Virus record (IMG/VR): IMGVR_UViG_3300025108_000058
Coordinates: 1-56,849 of that record
Length of the DNA stretch: 56,849 bases
Source: a virus
Lineage: Duplodnaviria > Caudoviricetes
Strand: one strand, 5' to 3'
Part shown: in pieces, positions 56,801 through 56,849 of the stretch
Layout: each line of letters begins with the position of its first letter
Position numbering within the stretch: the stretch's first letter is position 1
Made by a program: the position numbers and the translations under genes
The notes under the pieces: generated by a model
Seen by the model: the letters and a program-made list of their open reading frames with translations, nothing else
Told to the model about the DNA's origin: nothing
The model's database searches: none

Positions 56801-56808
56801 TATAAATA
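56801..56808 (-). promoter_or_regulatory. Putative late promoter TATTTATA
   Basis: Recurrent 8-mer upstream of 56787 start. Confidence 0.55.
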
Positions 56809-56849
56809 GTTAAACTTTTATAGTAGTAGGGTAACTATTGTATATTGGT

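Noticed and set aside
21568-56808. TATAAATA as canonical T4 late promoters firing on the plus strand
   Set aside because: They would drive only antisense RNA; their position upstream of minus-strand starts and after minus-strand terminators favours the opposite orientation
1-56849. Stop-codon reassignment
   Set aside because: Standard code 11 gives full-length, tightly packed genes, and TAA, TAG and TGA all serve as terminal stops

Overview
A 56.8-kb AT-rich, densely coding fragment of a large tailed dsDNA bacteriophage with a T4-like head module. All credible genes lie on the minus strand. Reading in transcription order (right to left): (i) a lipoprotein and a set of enzymes and proteins, many carrying a shared N-terminal L/I-x-x-L/I-L-x-E leader that suggests packaging into the head (zeta-toxin-like kinase, HIGH nucleotidyltransferase/HExxH fusion, HAD nucleotidase, a 1137-aa modular protein, a PD-(D/E)XK-like protein); (ii) terminase large subunit, portal, prohead protease, scaffold, major capsid and neck/terminator genes; (iii) a block of Ser/Gly/Ala-rich fibre genes built from shuffled modules, including a cadherin-repeat protein and an S74-chaperone fibre; (iv) an ~18.7-kb glycan-biosynthesis island (two GT7-LamG fusions, other glycosyltransferases, nucleotidyltransferases, methyltransferases, SGNH proteins, radical SAM enzymes, a 2OG-Fe(II) oxygenase) that runs off the left edge. 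An 8-mer TATTTATA precedes 11 gene starts in the structural and right-hand regions. A Bacteroidota-type promoter precedes the glycan island and classical Shine-Dalgarno sites are largely absent, which points to a Bacteroidota host (inference). The most interesting hypotheses are a phage-encoded virion glycosylation system targeting an [ST]-[GAS]-S motif, a compact three-way-junction RNA in a fibre gene leader, and a protease-processed cargo system of injected enzymes. All family calls come from motif recognition by eye; no database searches were run.
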